Positions 1 to 10,743 of a DNA stretch of 64,000 nucleotides are shown piece after piece. The position numbers and the translations under genes are program-made. The stretch spans positions 32,001-96,000 of IMG/VR virus record IMGVR_UViG_3300034102_001514. One strand, 5' to 3'. The notes under the pieces are model-generated. The model had not been told where the DNA came from, did not search any database, and saw only the letters and a program-made list of their open reading frames with translations. Each line of letters starts with the position of its first letter. The first letter of the stretch is position 1. Origin of the DNA: a virus.

Positions 1-807
1 TTCATTTTCTTTGTTAGTTAATTTATTTAAAGCAATAACCATTGAAATGGCTAAGGGGTCAAATACAAATACAATCAAAAGGGTAAACCAATTTACGATT
101 ATATTCATAGGTTTGCCTGTAATTTCAGACATATAGCGAAGTGGTCCTACTTCTGCCGCTACTTCATTATTAGTTTGTAAATCCAATACATTCAATTCTA
201 ATTTTGTAATAGAATCAGTTAAAACTTCAATTTTTTTTGAGATAGATTCTCTTTGGTCTACCGCACTTTTTAATTGTGATTCCAAAGCGTTTCTTTGTGA
301 GGATGATGTTGTTGTAATAACATTACCATTTCTATCAACACGAGATTGAGTATTGTTAGCCAACCCACCACGAAGTCCGTTGATAGATTCATTTAATTTT
401 ATTTTTTCATCATTATAGTAAGTTAATTGTTCTTGAAATCTTCCCTTTTTCAATTCAACTACTTCTACCATTTTATCAGTCACACCTAACTTATCAGCAG
501 TAGACTGATACGCTGAGGTTAAAAATCCATAAATACCTATGGATGTAATTACCATGAGAATACCAACTGCAAAAGTTAGATACCACTTCATCCAACCGGC
601 TTTACTCCAATGGTTATGTAGGTATGATGCAAGAATTAGTTTAGAAAATTCCAAAGCCCCAGCCATTATAATAACCTCGGTTCTAGCCCCAGCAAACAAA
701 GAACTTAATCCGAATACTGAATAATAGGCAGCAGACCCCGCAAGAGCAAAAGTGCTGATAATCATCAATAAAATAAATCCGTTCTTTCTATTTAAAAATT
801 TTTTCAT
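1..807 (-). CDS. Multi-TM plus coiled-coil membrane protein, partial (runs off left edge)
   Basis: Read manually: ATG at 807, MKKFLNRKNGFILLMIISTFALAGSAAYYSVFGL...; three N-terminal TM segments, coiled coil, further TM; frame open to position 1. Confidence 0.8.
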   Translation of the reverse strand, partial: MKKFLNRKNGFILLMIISTFALAGSAAYYSVFGLSSLFAGARTEVIIMAGALEFSKLILASYLHNHWSKAGWMKWYLTFAVGILMVITSIGIYGFLTSAYQSTADKLGVTDKMVEVVELKKGRFQEQLTYYNDEKIKLNESINGLRGGLANNTQSRVDRNGNVITTTSSSQRNALESQLKSAVDQRESISKKIEVLTDSITKLELNVLDLQTNNEVAAEVGPLRYMSEITGKPMNIIVNWFTLLIVFVFDPLAISMVIALNKLTNKENE

Positions 808-939
808 ATTTTCCTAAAACCTATTTTTATTAACTCCAGGAGCGATACTTATAATCACTTATTAAGTCGCTTGAAGCTTAAGTGCTTAAGCACCCTGTGG
901 TTAATAAATATCAAAGTGCTTGAATAATAATAATTTATA

Positions 940-1869
940 TTAAGCTTTCCCCATACTATGCCCCATTGAGTGTTGACCAAATTTGGAAATATAATCCAAT
1001 ACAGTCAGCTCTTTCATCTTGGCTTCAATGTCAATATCAAGGTTATGACCATAGGTGTTAATCTCTGAATAGATGTAGTCAGAGTGTGCTTGTGGTTTAG
1101 AGGTAGGGTCTTCTAATGTTCTTGACTCTGAATAATGGACAAGTGGTTTAACATCACCCCAAGTAGACATTGCAAGTTCAAGAGCTTCTTGTTCAGTCAA
1201 ACCGCCAGTATTAAAAGTGTGGTGGTGATAATCAAAAACAATTGGGATTCCGACACGAGTGTGAATATACATAAGGTCCTTGACTGAATACATACTTCCC
1301 TTGTCATCGTTCTCAACAGTCAGTCGTGTCTGAACTGATTCTGGCAACAATTCAAAGTTTTTACAAAACCTATCCATAGCAGATTGTTTATCACCATAAA
1401 CACCATTACAATGGATGTTAATAAGGTTGTATGGGGTTCGTTCCAATCCCATAAGGTCAAAGTGTTCTCCGTGTATAGAAAGGTCTTTAATCGTGTTCTT
1501 AACAACTTTCTCGTTGGGAGAGACCAATACATTAAATGGACCGGGATGTGATGTTATACGCTGTCCGTAGGTCTTGGCCAGCGTACCTGCACCTTTGAGG
1601 ACATTAGAAAACTTTTCGTAGTCCGGCATTTGGTGTAATCTAAACTCACTAGCCCAAGGAACAAGGTCAGAAGTCATACGAAATAGTTTAAACCCATTCT
1701 TGTGATTCCATTTGATAATCTCTACCAAGTCTTTTGCGTTTTGGACAGCAAGGTCAGATGACCGATTAATACCCTCCTTGATAAATGTTTTTTTAATCAT
1801 AGACCGGTTGGTAGTAATCTTATCCTTACCAAGAGTCATATTGATACAACAGTAACCTAAATTTGTCAT
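940..1869 (-). CDS. uvsE: UV damage endonuclease (UvdE/UvsE family)
   Basis: LGYCC, FRMTSDLVP, SHPGPFNVL, LTVENDD, DYHHH, HYSES, AHSDY, EAKMKE motifs. Confidence 0.95.
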   Translation of the reverse strand: MTNLGYCCINMTLGKDKITTNRSMIKKTFIKEGINRSSDLAVQNAKDLVEIIKWNHKNGFKLFRMTSDLVPWASEFRLHQMPDYEKFSNVLKGAGTLAKTYGQRITSHPGPFNVLVSPNEKVVKNTIKDLSIHGEHFDLMGLERTPYNLINIHCNGVYGDKQSAMDRFCKNFELLPESVQTRLTVENDDKGSMYSVKDLMYIHTRVGIPIVFDYHHHTFNTGGLTEQEALELAMSTWGDVKPLVHYSESRTLEDPTSKPQAHSDYIYSEINTYGHNLDIDIEAKMKELTVLDYISKFGQHSMGHSMGKA

Positions 1870-1883
1870 AGTTTATTCTTTAT

Positions 1884-1942
1884 ACATAAAGATAATAAAA
1901 AAAGGGGACTTATACAAGCCCCCTTTGTTAAGAAATTGTTAA
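1884..1942 (-). promoter_or_regulatory. Promoter with upstream TTAACA-N5-TTAACA box, overlapping a terminator-like hairpin
   Basis: Minus strand TTAACAATTTCTTAACA..CTTG..TATCTTTA; AAAGGGG/CCCCTTT inverted repeat. Confidence 0.65.
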
Positions 1943-1946
1943 ATCA

Positions 1947-3803
1947 TTACGAGTTCGTAACTTCTTCAAACTCTATGTCTTGTGTACCACTATCCGTTTG
2001 GGTTGGTGGATTCTGATACATTCTTGTTGTGACTTTTGACCACGCAGATTCTAATTTTGTTTTATTATCTTTAACTAACTCTATATCTTTACTATCAACT
2101 GCGGATTTCAAATCCCTCATAAGACTTTCCAATTCCTCTTTTTCATCCGATTGAATTTTATCACTCAATTCTTGTATTTGTTTTTCGCTGGAGAATAAAT
2201 AACCATCAGCAGCATTTACAAGTGTAACCGCTTCTTGTCGTTTTAAATCCTCTTCACGATTTGTTTCCGCTTCATCCCTCATACGTTGAATTTCATCCTT
2301 GGATAATCCTGTTGAAGATTCAATTCGGACTCGTTGTTCTTTTTTAGTTCCCAAATCTTTTGCAGAAACACTCAAAATACCATTTGCGTCAATATCAAAC
2401 GTAACCTCAACTTGAGGGACTCCCCTTGGAGCCATTGGAATACCTTCCAAATGAAATCTACCCAATGGTCTATTATCTTTAGCCATAGGTCGTTCACCTT
2501 GTAAAACGTGAACCTCTAAAACTTGTTGATTATCCGATACCGTTGAGAATGTTTGTGATTTCTTTACTGGGATTGTTGTGTTAGCATCAATTATGGAGGT
2601 GAATACACCACCAAGGGTTTCAATACCCAAACTTAATGGAGTCACATCTAAAAGAAGAACATCTTTAACATCACCACCAAGAACACCACCTTGAATAGCA
2701 GCTCCAACAGCAACAACCTCATCTGGATTTACACCCTTACTTGGTTTTTTACCAAAGAACTTTTCAACGGCTTCTTGAACGGCTGGGATACGAGTAGAAC
2801 CACCTACAAGAATAACTTCATCAATATCACTCAATGAAACAGCAGCATCCTTAACGGCTTGTTGACAGGGTTTCATACATCGGTCTACAAGTGATGATGT
2901 TAAACGATTAAAATCCGATTGAGATATATTCGTTTCAAAGTGAATAGGACCGTCTTGACCTACTGAAACATATGGTAGGTTAATTGCAGTTGATGTTGCA
3001 GATGACAATTCAATTTTAGCTTTTTCAGCAGCCTCACGGATTCTCTGCATAGCCATTGCGTCACTTGACAAATCTACACCTTTGGTAGTTTTAATCATAG
3101 ATACAATATGTTCTACAATTATTTCATCAAAGTTATCACCACCAAGTTGAGTATCACCATTTGTAGATAAAACTTCAAATACACCATCACCCAATTCAAG
3201 GATTGATACATCAAAGGTTCCACCACCTAAATCAAATACTGCTATTTTCATATCAGTATCTTTTTTATTTAAACCATACGCAAGTGCTGCAGCGGTTGGT
3301 TCATTAATAATCCGTAATACTTCTAATCCAGCAATCTCACCGGCTTCTTTAGTAGCCTGCCTTTGAGAATCATTGAAATACGCAGGAACTGTGATTACCG
3401 CCTTACGAACACTTTCACCAAGGTATGCTTCTGCAGACTTACGAATGTTTTGAAGAACCATAGCCGAAATTTCTTGTGGAACATAATCTCTTCCATTTGC
3501 ATGAATGATAATAGTATCGTTAGAACCTTTCTTTACTTCGTATCCAACATTAAGATGGTCTTTGTTTAATTCAGAATATCGTTTACCAATAAAACGCTTT
3601 ACTGAATATAAAGTATTTTTAGGATTGGTTACTGCAACTCGTTTAGCGGCTGCTCCAATCTTTACTTCACCCTTATCAAAGGAAATTACCGATGGTGTTG
3701 TTCTGGCTCCTTCACCATTTACAATTACTACGGATTCACCGCCTTCAATTACGGAAATACACGAGTTGGTAGTTCCTAAATCAATTCCAATTATTTTGCT
3801 CAT
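1947..3803 (-). CDS. dnaK: Hsp70 chaperone DnaK
   Basis: [37 protein letters not shown]; C-terminal DIEFEEV. Confidence 0.99.
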   Translation of the reverse strand: MSKIIGIDLGTTNSCISVIEGGESVVIVNGEGARTTPSVISFDKGEVKIGAAAKRVAVTNPKNTLYSVKRFIGKRYSELNKDHLNVGYEVKKGSNDTIIIHANGRDYVPQEISAMVLQNIRKSAEAYLGESVRKAVITVPAYFNDSQRQATKEAGEIAGLEVLRIINEPTAAALAYGLNKKDTDMKIAVFDLGGGTFDVSILELGDGVFEVLSTNGDTQLGGDNFDEIIVEHIVSMIKTTKGVDLSSDAMAMQRIREAAEKAKIELSSATSTAINLPYVSVGQDGPIHFETNISQSDFNRLTSSLVDRCMKPCQQAVKDAAVSLSDIDEVILVGGSTRIPAVQEAVEKFFGKKPSKGVNPDEVVAVGAAIQGGVLGGDVKDVLLLDVTPLSLGIETLGGVFTSIIDANTTIPVKKSQTFSTVSDNQQVLEVHVLQGERPMAKDNRPLGRFHLEGIPMAPRGVPQVEVTFDIDANGILSVSAKDLGTKKEQRVRIESSTGLSKDEIQRMRDEAETNREEDLKRQEAVTLVNAADGYLFSSEKQIQELSDKIQSDEKEELESLMRDLKSAVDSKDIELVKDNKTKLESAWSKVTTRMYQNPPTQTDSGTQDIEFEEVTNS

Positions 3804-3903
3804 TTTGTTTTTTAAATTAAAGTGTATTTTATTACCCTTTTAAGTGTTAATGTATTATAAAAGGGACAAAATACATACCAATTGTGTATTATATTACACT
3901 TTG

Positions 3904-4218
3904 TCAGTTAACTGACATATTTTCAGTATTACCTACTATCTTATAAAAGATTACGTTGTTTTTTTGCTCTTGGAAATGTAATATCATACCATCCATAACA
4001 AATGAAGATACAAACTTTTTTGATACCTCTGAATCATCGCAGGTTATAATAAGGTGGGTGTCGGTAATTGTAATTTCAATGGATGGTGTATATGTGTTTT
4101 CAAATTCAACATACTCATTTGTAATAACATCATATATGTAATACAACTTATCTTCGCTTGATAAGCTAGAAAAGAAGTTGTATTCTGCTTCATCCCAAGA
4201 GTTATCTTCCATTGTCAT
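3904..4218 (-). CDS. Hypothetical protein
   Basis: ORF in minus-strand run, ATACTTAT motif upstream. Confidence 0.7.
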   Translation of the reverse strand: MTMEDNSWDEAEYNFFSSLSSEDKLYYIYDVITNEYVEFENTYTPSIEITITDTHLIITCDDSEVSKKFVSSFVMDGMILHFQEQKNNVIFYKIVGNTENMSVN

Positions 4219-4235
4219 ACCTTTATTATAAGTAT

Positions 4236-4529
4236 CTAAAACACACCCAACCTTCCCTTCATATTTACAGTGGTTAATGTATCTTCTAATGTGCGAACAA
4301 TTCTATCCATTTCACCAAGTGATAAAGAGATTCGGTAATCACCCACCACAAGAGCACCAATTTGAGTTGAGTTCTTGATGGGGTAATCTGATTCTTCCAA
4401 ATCAAATTCAAAGTCAATAGATGAGAATTTTTCTCCGAACGACTTATTTAATCTGCCTTCTTCGGAGTCAGAAACACCATACGAATGATTTAGTGAACCA
4501 TTTCGCTGGGGTTGGTTGTATTTTTTCAT
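4236..4529 (-). CDS. Hypothetical protein
   Basis: ORF in minus-strand run. Confidence 0.7.
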   Translation of the reverse strand: MKKYNQPQRNGSLNHSYGVSDSEEGRLNKSFGEKFSSIDFEFDLEESDYPIKNSTQIGALVVGDYRISLSLGEMDRIVRTLEDTLTTVNMKGRLGVF

Positions 4530-4573
4530 AACAAAAAATTTATAGTTAACGAATATAAATAGTTTGTTTAAAG

Positions 4574-4873
4574 TTAATATCTTTTGTTTCTGTTAGAAAT
4601 TCTTTCAAATTTTTTCTCAAATGAATCTAAACTCATACGAGTCGGTGAAGTTCTTTCAATATTTTGGCTTATCCTTACCGATTCAGCCGCCCAATGCCAA
4701 GCTTTCATAACATTTGGTTGTGATGGTATTAAAAGTTCAGAACCCACAATCCCACCTTCACCATCTGATACGCAATATAATCCATCTTTGGTTATATGGG
4801 TTTTTGCATTTGGAAATGCTTTTAAAACTTTTCGTTTAAGAGTTTGAAACTTCTTTTTCTCCGGAGTTATCAT
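4574..4873 (-). CDS. Hypothetical protein
   Basis: ORF in minus-strand run. Confidence 0.7.
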   Translation of the reverse strand: MITPEKKKFQTLKRKVLKAFPNAKTHITKDGLYCVSDGEGGIVGSELLIPSQPNVMKAWHWAAESVRISQNIERTSPTRMSLDSFEKKFERISNRNKRY

Positions 4874-5087
4874 TTTCTATTTTATTTAATGACTTTGTAA
4901 GTCCTCGTTTTATGTGACAATACGGAGACAATTCTTTGTTAATGGAACATACATCAATTAGCTTTCCATCTTCTAATTTCAATGCGTAGGTATTACCTCG
5001 TTTTATTTTTGTTTTAGAGACAATGGTGCCCACTTTATGGACACCATTTATCTCCGCGATTACTTTTTCACCTATCATTGGGTTCAT
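4836..5087 (-). CDS. Hypothetical protein (possible SH3/KOW-like fold)
   Basis: IGEKVIA..GTIVS pattern; overlaps both neighbours. Confidence 0.65.
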   Translation of the reverse strand: MNPMIGEKVIAEINGVHKVGTIVSKTKIKRGNTYALKLEDGKLIDVCSINKELSPYCHIKRGLTKSLNKIENDNSGEKEVSNS

Positions 5088-5284
5088 TCAATTACCTTAA
5101 TGATTTTTGTTTCAATTACCGATGATACTTCAAACTCCAAATTGGAACCCTCAAAATCGGCAACAACCTTGGCTTCTGCATCAGTCACCGATACGGCATG
5201 AACCATATATTGTTCAGTCAACTTCTTGATTCGACCTTTTGCATCTTCTTGGTTAACTTTAACCTTTACTACATAGTAACTCAT
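5084..5284 (-). CDS. DUF4494-like protein (Bacteroidota family)
   Basis: KVKV..GRIKKLTEQYMVHAVSVTDAEAKV matches the DUF4494 pattern as recalled. Confidence 0.75.
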   Translation of the reverse strand: MSYYVVKVKVNQEDAKGRIKKLTEQYMVHAVSVTDAEAKVVADFEGSNLEFEVSSVIETKIIKVIE

Positions 5285-5316
5285 AAATAAAAAAATTAGT
5301 GTTAGTTGTTTAATAA

Positions 5317-5628
5317 TTAGTCTTTAAAATTTATTTCGTATCCAAGTTTTCCATTCTCATCTACAACCATCCGAATAAGACCATTTTCGGAAAGGGATTC
5401 AATCGCATCATTGATTTCAATGTCACGATATATTTTAATAGCTTTAAGCAACAATTCTGATAATAAGTCATCATCATTAGCTATCATAAGAAGATGCTTT
5501 ACAATGTCTAAAAAACGACCTTCGTATTCAATGTGAGCCGACTCAAAAAAGTTTTCATCATACATATACTTTTTAACATTCTCATAGAGTTCGTTAAAAT
5601 CATCGTTACTATCATAACTCATTTTCAT
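5317..5628 (-). CDS. Hypothetical protein
   Basis: ORF in minus-strand run. Confidence 0.65.
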   Translation of the reverse strand: MKMSYDSNDDFNELYENVKKYMYDENFFESAHIEYEGRFLDIVKHLLMIANDDDLLSELLLKAIKIYRDIEINDAIESLSENGLIRMVVDENGKLGYEINFKD

Positions 5629-5818
5629 TCTTCATCTGAATAAGTCGGTTAATATAATTAATGGATTCAGAGTCACCCATCAAAGCATCAGCTTTTCCGT
5701 ATTTCCGAACAACCCATTCAACACCATAATCATAAACCTCAGCGGATACAATGTTAACACTTGGAACATACATTTTATTAAACCCCATCTTGTTGAATTT
5801 TTTGGATAATTTTTTCAT
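5612..5818 (-). CDS. Hypothetical protein
   Basis: ORF in minus-strand run; start uncertain. Confidence 0.55.
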   Translation of the reverse strand: MKKLSKKFNKMGFNKMYVPSVNIVSAEVYDYGVEWVVRKYGKADALMGDSESINYINRLIQMKNENEL

Positions 5819-6071
5819 TTGCTTCTTTACGATATTTGATTGATAGTTTATTTAATTCATCATGGTGTTTACTGGTAACTTCAACTCCTCGTTGGGCAGC
5901 GTCCATATACGCAAATCGTTTTAGGAAATATCCCGGCAAGGGAGCAGCACCTTTCATCAGATGTTCTGATAGTTTATCAAGATAGGTCATCAACTCATCA
6001 TCGTTGAGTTTTTCTACCTCACTATCACTTAACTTTACAAACTTGTTTTTCATACCATTTATATAATTCAA
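5778..6071 (-). CDS. Hypothetical protein
   Basis: ORF in minus-strand run. Confidence 0.6.
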   Translation of the reverse strand: MNYINGMKNKFVKLSDSEVEKLNDDELMTYLDKLSEHLMKGAAPLPGYFLKRFAYMDAAQRGVEVTSKHHDELNKLSIKYRKEANEKIIQKIQQDGV

Positions 6072-6450
6072 CTAACGACATAGGTTTTTCTTCCATCATT
6101 TTGTCCCAAAGGTCAACTTTAAATTGATTTTTTAAAGCCACTTTCAAATCAACTAACCTTGTGTGTTCATCCTTGTCAGCAGAATCAAGAAGCTTTAAAG
6201 CCCGAACTCGTGTCATCCGAGCACTATCTTCAGCCGCACGGATTCGGTTTAGCTCATCGTTTCCGATGTAGTTTTTATAAGCCAACTCATATGCGAGTTC
6301 AGAATCTTGCCGACATTTTTTTGAAGCATCAAATAGTGGTGAATAGTCAAAATCTCCATTTTTAATTTTGTCTAATAATGGTGCGTTTTTACCCAAAGGT
6401 TTTTTACGCTTTTGACCATTCATCCACCATTGAAATTTGTTGTATCCCAT
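6025..6450 (-). CDS. Hypothetical helical protein
   Basis: ORF immediately downstream of the AAA+ gene. Confidence 0.7.
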   Translation of the reverse strand: MGYNKFQWWMNGQKRKKPLGKNAPLLDKIKNGDFDYSPLFDASKKCRQDSELAYELAYKNYIGNDELNRIRAAEDSARMTRVRALKLLDSADKDEHTRLVDLKVALKNQFKVDLWDKMMEEKPMSLVELYKWYEKQVCKVK

Positions 6451-6456
6451 ATTGAA

Positions 6457-7728
6457 TTAAAAAGGGTTAGAGTAGTCGTAAGTTTCCATATCAGCATTCA
6501 CATTGAAGATGTCTTCGGTAGATGTGGTCTTGATGAACTTTTGAACGAATTGCTTGATGTAGACTCGTTCAGACTGAGCACCACCGGCTTCTTCAAAGAA
6601 TGGGTAGATGGTAATTTCAGCAGCCTCTTCAAGTGAGAATCCATCATAGAGAAGTGAACCAATCTCCACAGCAGCCCGTGTAGATAGTGAGTTAGTAAGT
6701 TTAGGAGAATCACTTTTGACCTCATTACGAGTCATTGAAGTAATGTCAGCAACACTTTCAATCAACTCAGCCTCAACCGAAGGATACATCATCTGAAGCA
6801 ATTGGGTCTCTTCTTCTTTGGTCAAGGTATCCATCTCAATGATGGTAAATCGGTCAAGGATAGCCCGGTCAAGCATTCGTGTAGCGGTGTATTCGTTACC
6901 AATGTTAGCGGAAGCGATAAAGGACACACCATCAGCAACACGAACCACAGGAGCGTCAGCAGCTTCATCTAAGCGAATGTATCGTTGACCTTGGTCAAGT
7001 ACTGTCATCAAGATGTTCCAAGCCTCTGGATGAGCACGAGTAATCTCATCCAACACAACCACCGTGTTGGGAGTCTGAATCGCCTTGATAAAAGGTGATG
7101 AGTTAAACACCGTACCTTTTTTGGTATCAAATTGAGTATTACCAATCAAGGTAGTTCGTGGGTCTTGAGTAGCACCCAAGTTGATAATAAAGGTGTTGTA
7201 ACCTTCAAGCGAATTAGCAGCCGCCTTAGCAGCCATAGTCTTACCACAACCAGCAGGACCAGTCATCATAATGTTTTTACCACGAATGATATTACGAACC
7301 AAGTATTTCCACTTGAGTGAGTTCATAAACAACATCTTGGGTTTTAGACCCTCAGCCTCATTGTGAATAAAGTTAAGGACATCTTCAGGAACACTTGTTA
7401 TCATAGGTTCAACGATAGGGTTAGAGTTGTAAAGATAAGAGTCAAGACCACCATTTGGTTTATCAAAGTTGGTCACGGGTTCAGCCCCTGCGAGCATCTC
7501 AACTCCAACACGAGTGAATCCTAAAGAACCACTTTTCAATGTTCCGACAACACGAACTTTAAAAGCCCATTTGCCGGGGGCGTTAGCAGCCGCTCGGGCT
7601 CGTTTGTAAAGGGGACTTCCCTTTTCATTTAACTCTGGCAAGTTATAAAACTTACCATCTACATCAGAGAAAAGGAGGATTCCGTTTTTCTCAACAATTG
7701 AACCATAAACAAAGCGTTGGTTTTTCAT
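6457..7728 (-). CDS. MoxR/CbbQ/CobS-like AAA+ ATPase
   Basis: Walker A GPAGCGKT, Walker B VVLDEITR, sensor ASAN, LDRAILDRF, STR. Confidence 0.92.
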   Translation of the reverse strand: MKNQRFVYGSIVEKNGILLFSDVDGKFYNLPELNEKGSPLYKRARAAANAPGKWAFKVRVVGTLKSGSLGFTRVGVEMLAGAEPVTNFDKPNGGLDSYLYNSNPIVEPMITSVPEDVLNFIHNEAEGLKPKMLFMNSLKWKYLVRNIIRGKNIMMTGPAGCGKTMAAKAAANSLEGYNTFIINLGATQDPRTTLIGNTQFDTKKGTVFNSSPFIKAIQTPNTVVVLDEITRAHPEAWNILMTVLDQGQRYIRLDEAADAPVVRVADGVSFIASANIGNEYTATRMLDRAILDRFTIIEMDTLTKEEETQLLQMMYPSVEAELIESVADITSMTRNEVKSDSPKLTNSLSTRAAVEIGSLLYDGFSLEEAAEITIYPFFEEAGGAQSERVYIKQFVQKFIKTTSTEDIFNVNADMETYDYSNPF

Positions 7729-7797
7729 AAAAAAGTGATTAATTGATTACTTAACAAAGATACGAAATTATTCGGATTACACAAGCGTCTAATGTTA

Positions 7798-9840
7798 TTA
7801 AATTGTTAAATTTGCCTCAAACTTTGAGTTGAGTGATTTAGCAAGCGGAGTTAATTCGGTTACATTGATAAACTGAGCATCATTACCATACATTGTTTTG
7901 AACGCTCTGGCGTCAGTCCCATAATAACCCTCGGTGATGAAGTAAGAAAGGACATTGATTCCGGCTTGGCGAATTTTCTTAACTTGAGCAGCTGTGTGAT
8001 TGTAAGCATCCTCACCTTCGTAGTAGATGTCGTTGTTTGAGAATGTCGGACATCCATCAGAAAAGTTGATAAAGTAAGCATCACTACCTTTAGCGTATCC
8101 GATAATGTCCTTCATCACAGCCTCAAAACACAAACCTTCGGGCGTGGTTCCGTTTGCGGTGATGTGGTGAAATAAGTTCTGAATTTTAGAGAACTTGTCT
8201 TTACGACTATCATAAGCCACCAAGATGAATGGAACATAATCATTACCATAACCCATAGTGCTTCGGTAAGAAATTACCACATCAATGTTTTGAGTCATTG
8301 AAGCCGCCTTAGCAATAGCGACCGCTGCAACTTGGGTGTTGTTCCATTTATCACCACCCATAGAACCACTCGCGTCAATAGTAATGTGAATTACAGCGGG
8401 CTTGGATTTGTTCACCATTGTTCTTTCAAAGATATCAAAGTTACCAAATCCAATTTCGTGAATCATACGAGCACTCAATTTACCACTCTTCATACGAGGA
8501 GTAATCAAAGAGCGTTCTTCATTACGAGTTTTAAGTTTTTTACCCAAAAGAATACCCAACTGAATACCTCGTTGAATGTTTTCTAAATATTTACTTGTCC
8601 GATACTCAGCATCCGTAAGGATTGGAAACTGATTGGTAGAAACCAACTCTTTGGTAAAGTTACGAATCACATAGGTTTGAGTTCCACCATTGGCTGAACT
8701 ATTCCACTTACGAGTAATGTCTTTACCTGTGACCTCAACCTCAATATCGGCCCGGTCAAGAGCTTCAACCTTGCGCTTTTCACTCTTACCAATTTTCTTT
8801 TTGGCGACCTCACCCTCTTGGAACTTTTTTTGTTTTTCAATAGCCCGTTTGAGTTGTTCAATTTGAGATGGGGTGAGTTGTTCTAATTCACTATCACCAC
8901 CATCAGTCGGTTCACCACTCATATCCATATTAGAAGACATACCACCTTCTGATGATTGGTCATCCGTATCACCACTCATATCAGCGGAACCATTCATTTC
9001 GTGTTCCTTTGGTTCGGACTCATTACTATCACCACCTTGACCTTGTTCTTTAGCCTCAATGTAATTTTTAAAGTAAACCATAAACACAGCACCTGCAACC
9101 TCAAGAGCGTCCCAAGTAGTTTTTAAACGACCAATGTTTTTAAGGTCAAGGATGTTCCAAATCTCACGAAGACCCTTCAAAGCGTCAAGGTCACGATTTG
9201 GGTTGGTGATGTTTACGATTCGGAAAATGTAAGAGTCCCAATTCTCATCACGATACTCGGAAGATTGAAGACCTTTGTCAATAATCTTGGCGTTGAAGTA
9301 TTTATCATACATTGACTCGTAATAACCACGATAGCCCGGCGCGGTACGGAAGATAAAATTATCAATCCGGCGGTCTTCAACCACATTAAGTAGGTCTTTT
9401 AGTTGGGTGTAAATCTCGGATGAAACACTTGATTCAAGTTCAAGACCCATCTTTTCACGAAGATAGTTTACATCAATAGTAGATGGAAGAAAGTTATCAC
9501 GAGTCATCTTACGAAGAGTTTCAAAGTCAGTAAGTTTGATGTGAGAACCCTCGTGAAGCGCTAGACCAACAGTAGGGTCAAATTCGGTGTCATCCATTTT
9601 AGCGGAAATAACTACCTCGGTGCCATCGGTGTAAGAATCAGAACCTCGTTCATCAAAGGTCACCTTAATCGGCATACCAGTTACAATGTTAACGAAGTTG
9701 GATACCGCACGTTTGTAGGATACCAACTTCATAAGGTCAGAAGACTTTCGTTCTACATCGGTGACATAGGTAGTGTTCTCATCAAGGAACAAAGATTTGT
9801 CAAGCCAGAATGAAGAGTAAGAAGATTTTAATTTAGCCAT
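7798..9840 (-). CDS. CobT-like VWA protein with N-terminal HExxH domain
   Basis: LHEGSH, NVVEDRRID, acidic linker, MIDAS DASGSM, TPEG, FSDG. Confidence 0.88.
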   Translation of the reverse strand: MAKLKSSYSSFWLDKSLFLDENTTYVTDVERKSSDLMKLVSYKRAVSNFVNIVTGMPIKVTFDERGSDSYTDGTEVVISAKMDDTEFDPTVGLALHEGSHIKLTDFETLRKMTRDNFLPSTIDVNYLREKMGLELESSVSSEIYTQLKDLLNVVEDRRIDNFIFRTAPGYRGYYESMYDKYFNAKIIDKGLQSSEYRDENWDSYIFRIVNITNPNRDLDALKGLREIWNILDLKNIGRLKTTWDALEVAGAVFMVYFKNYIEAKEQGQGGDSNESEPKEHEMNGSADMSGDTDDQSSEGGMSSNMDMSGEPTDGGDSELEQLTPSQIEQLKRAIEKQKKFQEGEVAKKKIGKSEKRKVEALDRADIEVEVTGKDITRKWNSSANGGTQTYVIRNFTKELVSTNQFPILTDAEYRTSKYLENIQRGIQLGILLGKKLKTRNEERSLITPRMKSGKLSARMIHEIGFGNFDIFERTMVNKSKPAVIHITIDASGSMGGDKWNNTQVAAVAIAKAASMTQNIDVVISYRSTMGYGNDYVPFILVAYDSRKDKFSKIQNLFHHITANGTTPEGLCFEAVMKDIIGYAKGSDAYFINFSDGCPTFSNNDIYYEGEDAYNHTAAQVKKIRQAGINVLSYFITEGYYGTDARAFKTMYGNDAQFINVTELTPLAKSLNSKFEANLTI

Positions 9841-9912
9841 AGGGTATTAATGATTACAGAACAAAGATACGACAATTATTTGTCTATACAAGCGTTCAAT
9901 GTTAAGAAATTG

Positions 9913-10065
9913 TTAAATCTCACGCTTCCACGATTTGTCTTTACGAGTATAACTTCGCTCTGAATCATGTGTTTTGGTAGTGGTCTTCTTACCAATGTGG
10001 TGTGCTGCCTCACCAAGAGTCCAATCACCATTGAATTTTAATTTGCTTTTATATGTCTTACCCAT
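9913..10065 (-). CDS. Small basic protein (50 aa)
   Basis: Read manually: MGKTYKSKLKFNGDWTLGEAAHHIGKKTTTKTHDSERSYTRKDKSWKREI; own promoter at ~10084-10120. Confidence 0.7.
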   Translation of the reverse strand: MGKTYKSKLKFNGDWTLGEAAHHIGKKTTTKTHDSERSYTRKDKSWKREI

Positions 10066-10145
10066 ATCAATAATTATTACGATGTAAAGATAATAAAAAA
10101 AGAGGACTTACACAAGCCCTCTTTTAATTATTTTTAGTCAAAATA

Positions 10146-10646
10146 TCATTTTTTTTGATATATTTTTATATATTCACATTCTTTGGATGTGATTACCTTC
10201 ATAGGTTCAATAAAATATTTAACAACATCAATATCCGATGTGTCGTATAACATAGTGTCGTTTATAAAAACGATGATTCGGCTTGGAGTCCATAACAATC
10301 CATATTTAACGGATTTGTTTTTGTTAGTATGTTTCCAAATCTTTTTAAATTCAGATTCCAAGGTTGAAAAGAAAAACCAACCATTATTATTTAAAGAAAT
10401 TTTTAATGGATAAATTCTATCGGATGATAAAATAACATCACCATCGGTTTGGATTTCAAAATATCCGTATTTGTATTCTTTATTGGATTTTAAAACGCTG
10501 TGGTCTACCTTCCATTCAGTATAGCCAGATAATCTATGTTTTTTATATTCAGTATGTTCAAAAACTAATCCATAACCCTCAATGATAGATGGATTGAATT
10601 TCTTTTGAGGTAATAAAAATTTAAACCAATTTAATATGTTCTTCAT
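10146..10646 (-). CDS. Degenerate GH16/ConA-like protein
   Basis: KYGYFEI and YGLLWTPSRIIVFIND resemble GH16 strands; no EIDxxE catalytic motif. Confidence 0.5.
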   Translation of the reverse strand: MKNILNWFKFLLPQKKFNPSIIEGYGLVFEHTEYKKHRLSGYTEWKVDHSVLKSNKEYKYGYFEIQTDGDVILSSDRIYPLKISLNNNGWFFFSTLESEFKKIWKHTNKNKSVKYGLLWTPSRIIVFINDTMLYDTSDIDVVKYFIEPMKVITSKECEYIKIYQKK

Positions 10647-10665
10647 ATAACTCCTTTAATATTTG

Positions 10666-10737
10666 TTGCCCCACAAGGATTTGAACCTCGATTCGCTGAA
10701 CCAAAATCAGATGTCCTGCCAATTAGACGATAGGGCA
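10666..10737 (-). tRNA. tRNA-Gln(TTG)
   Basis: Cloverleaf, anticodon loop TTTTGGT, T-loop TTCAAAT. Confidence 0.9.
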
Positions 10738-10743
10738 AAATTT

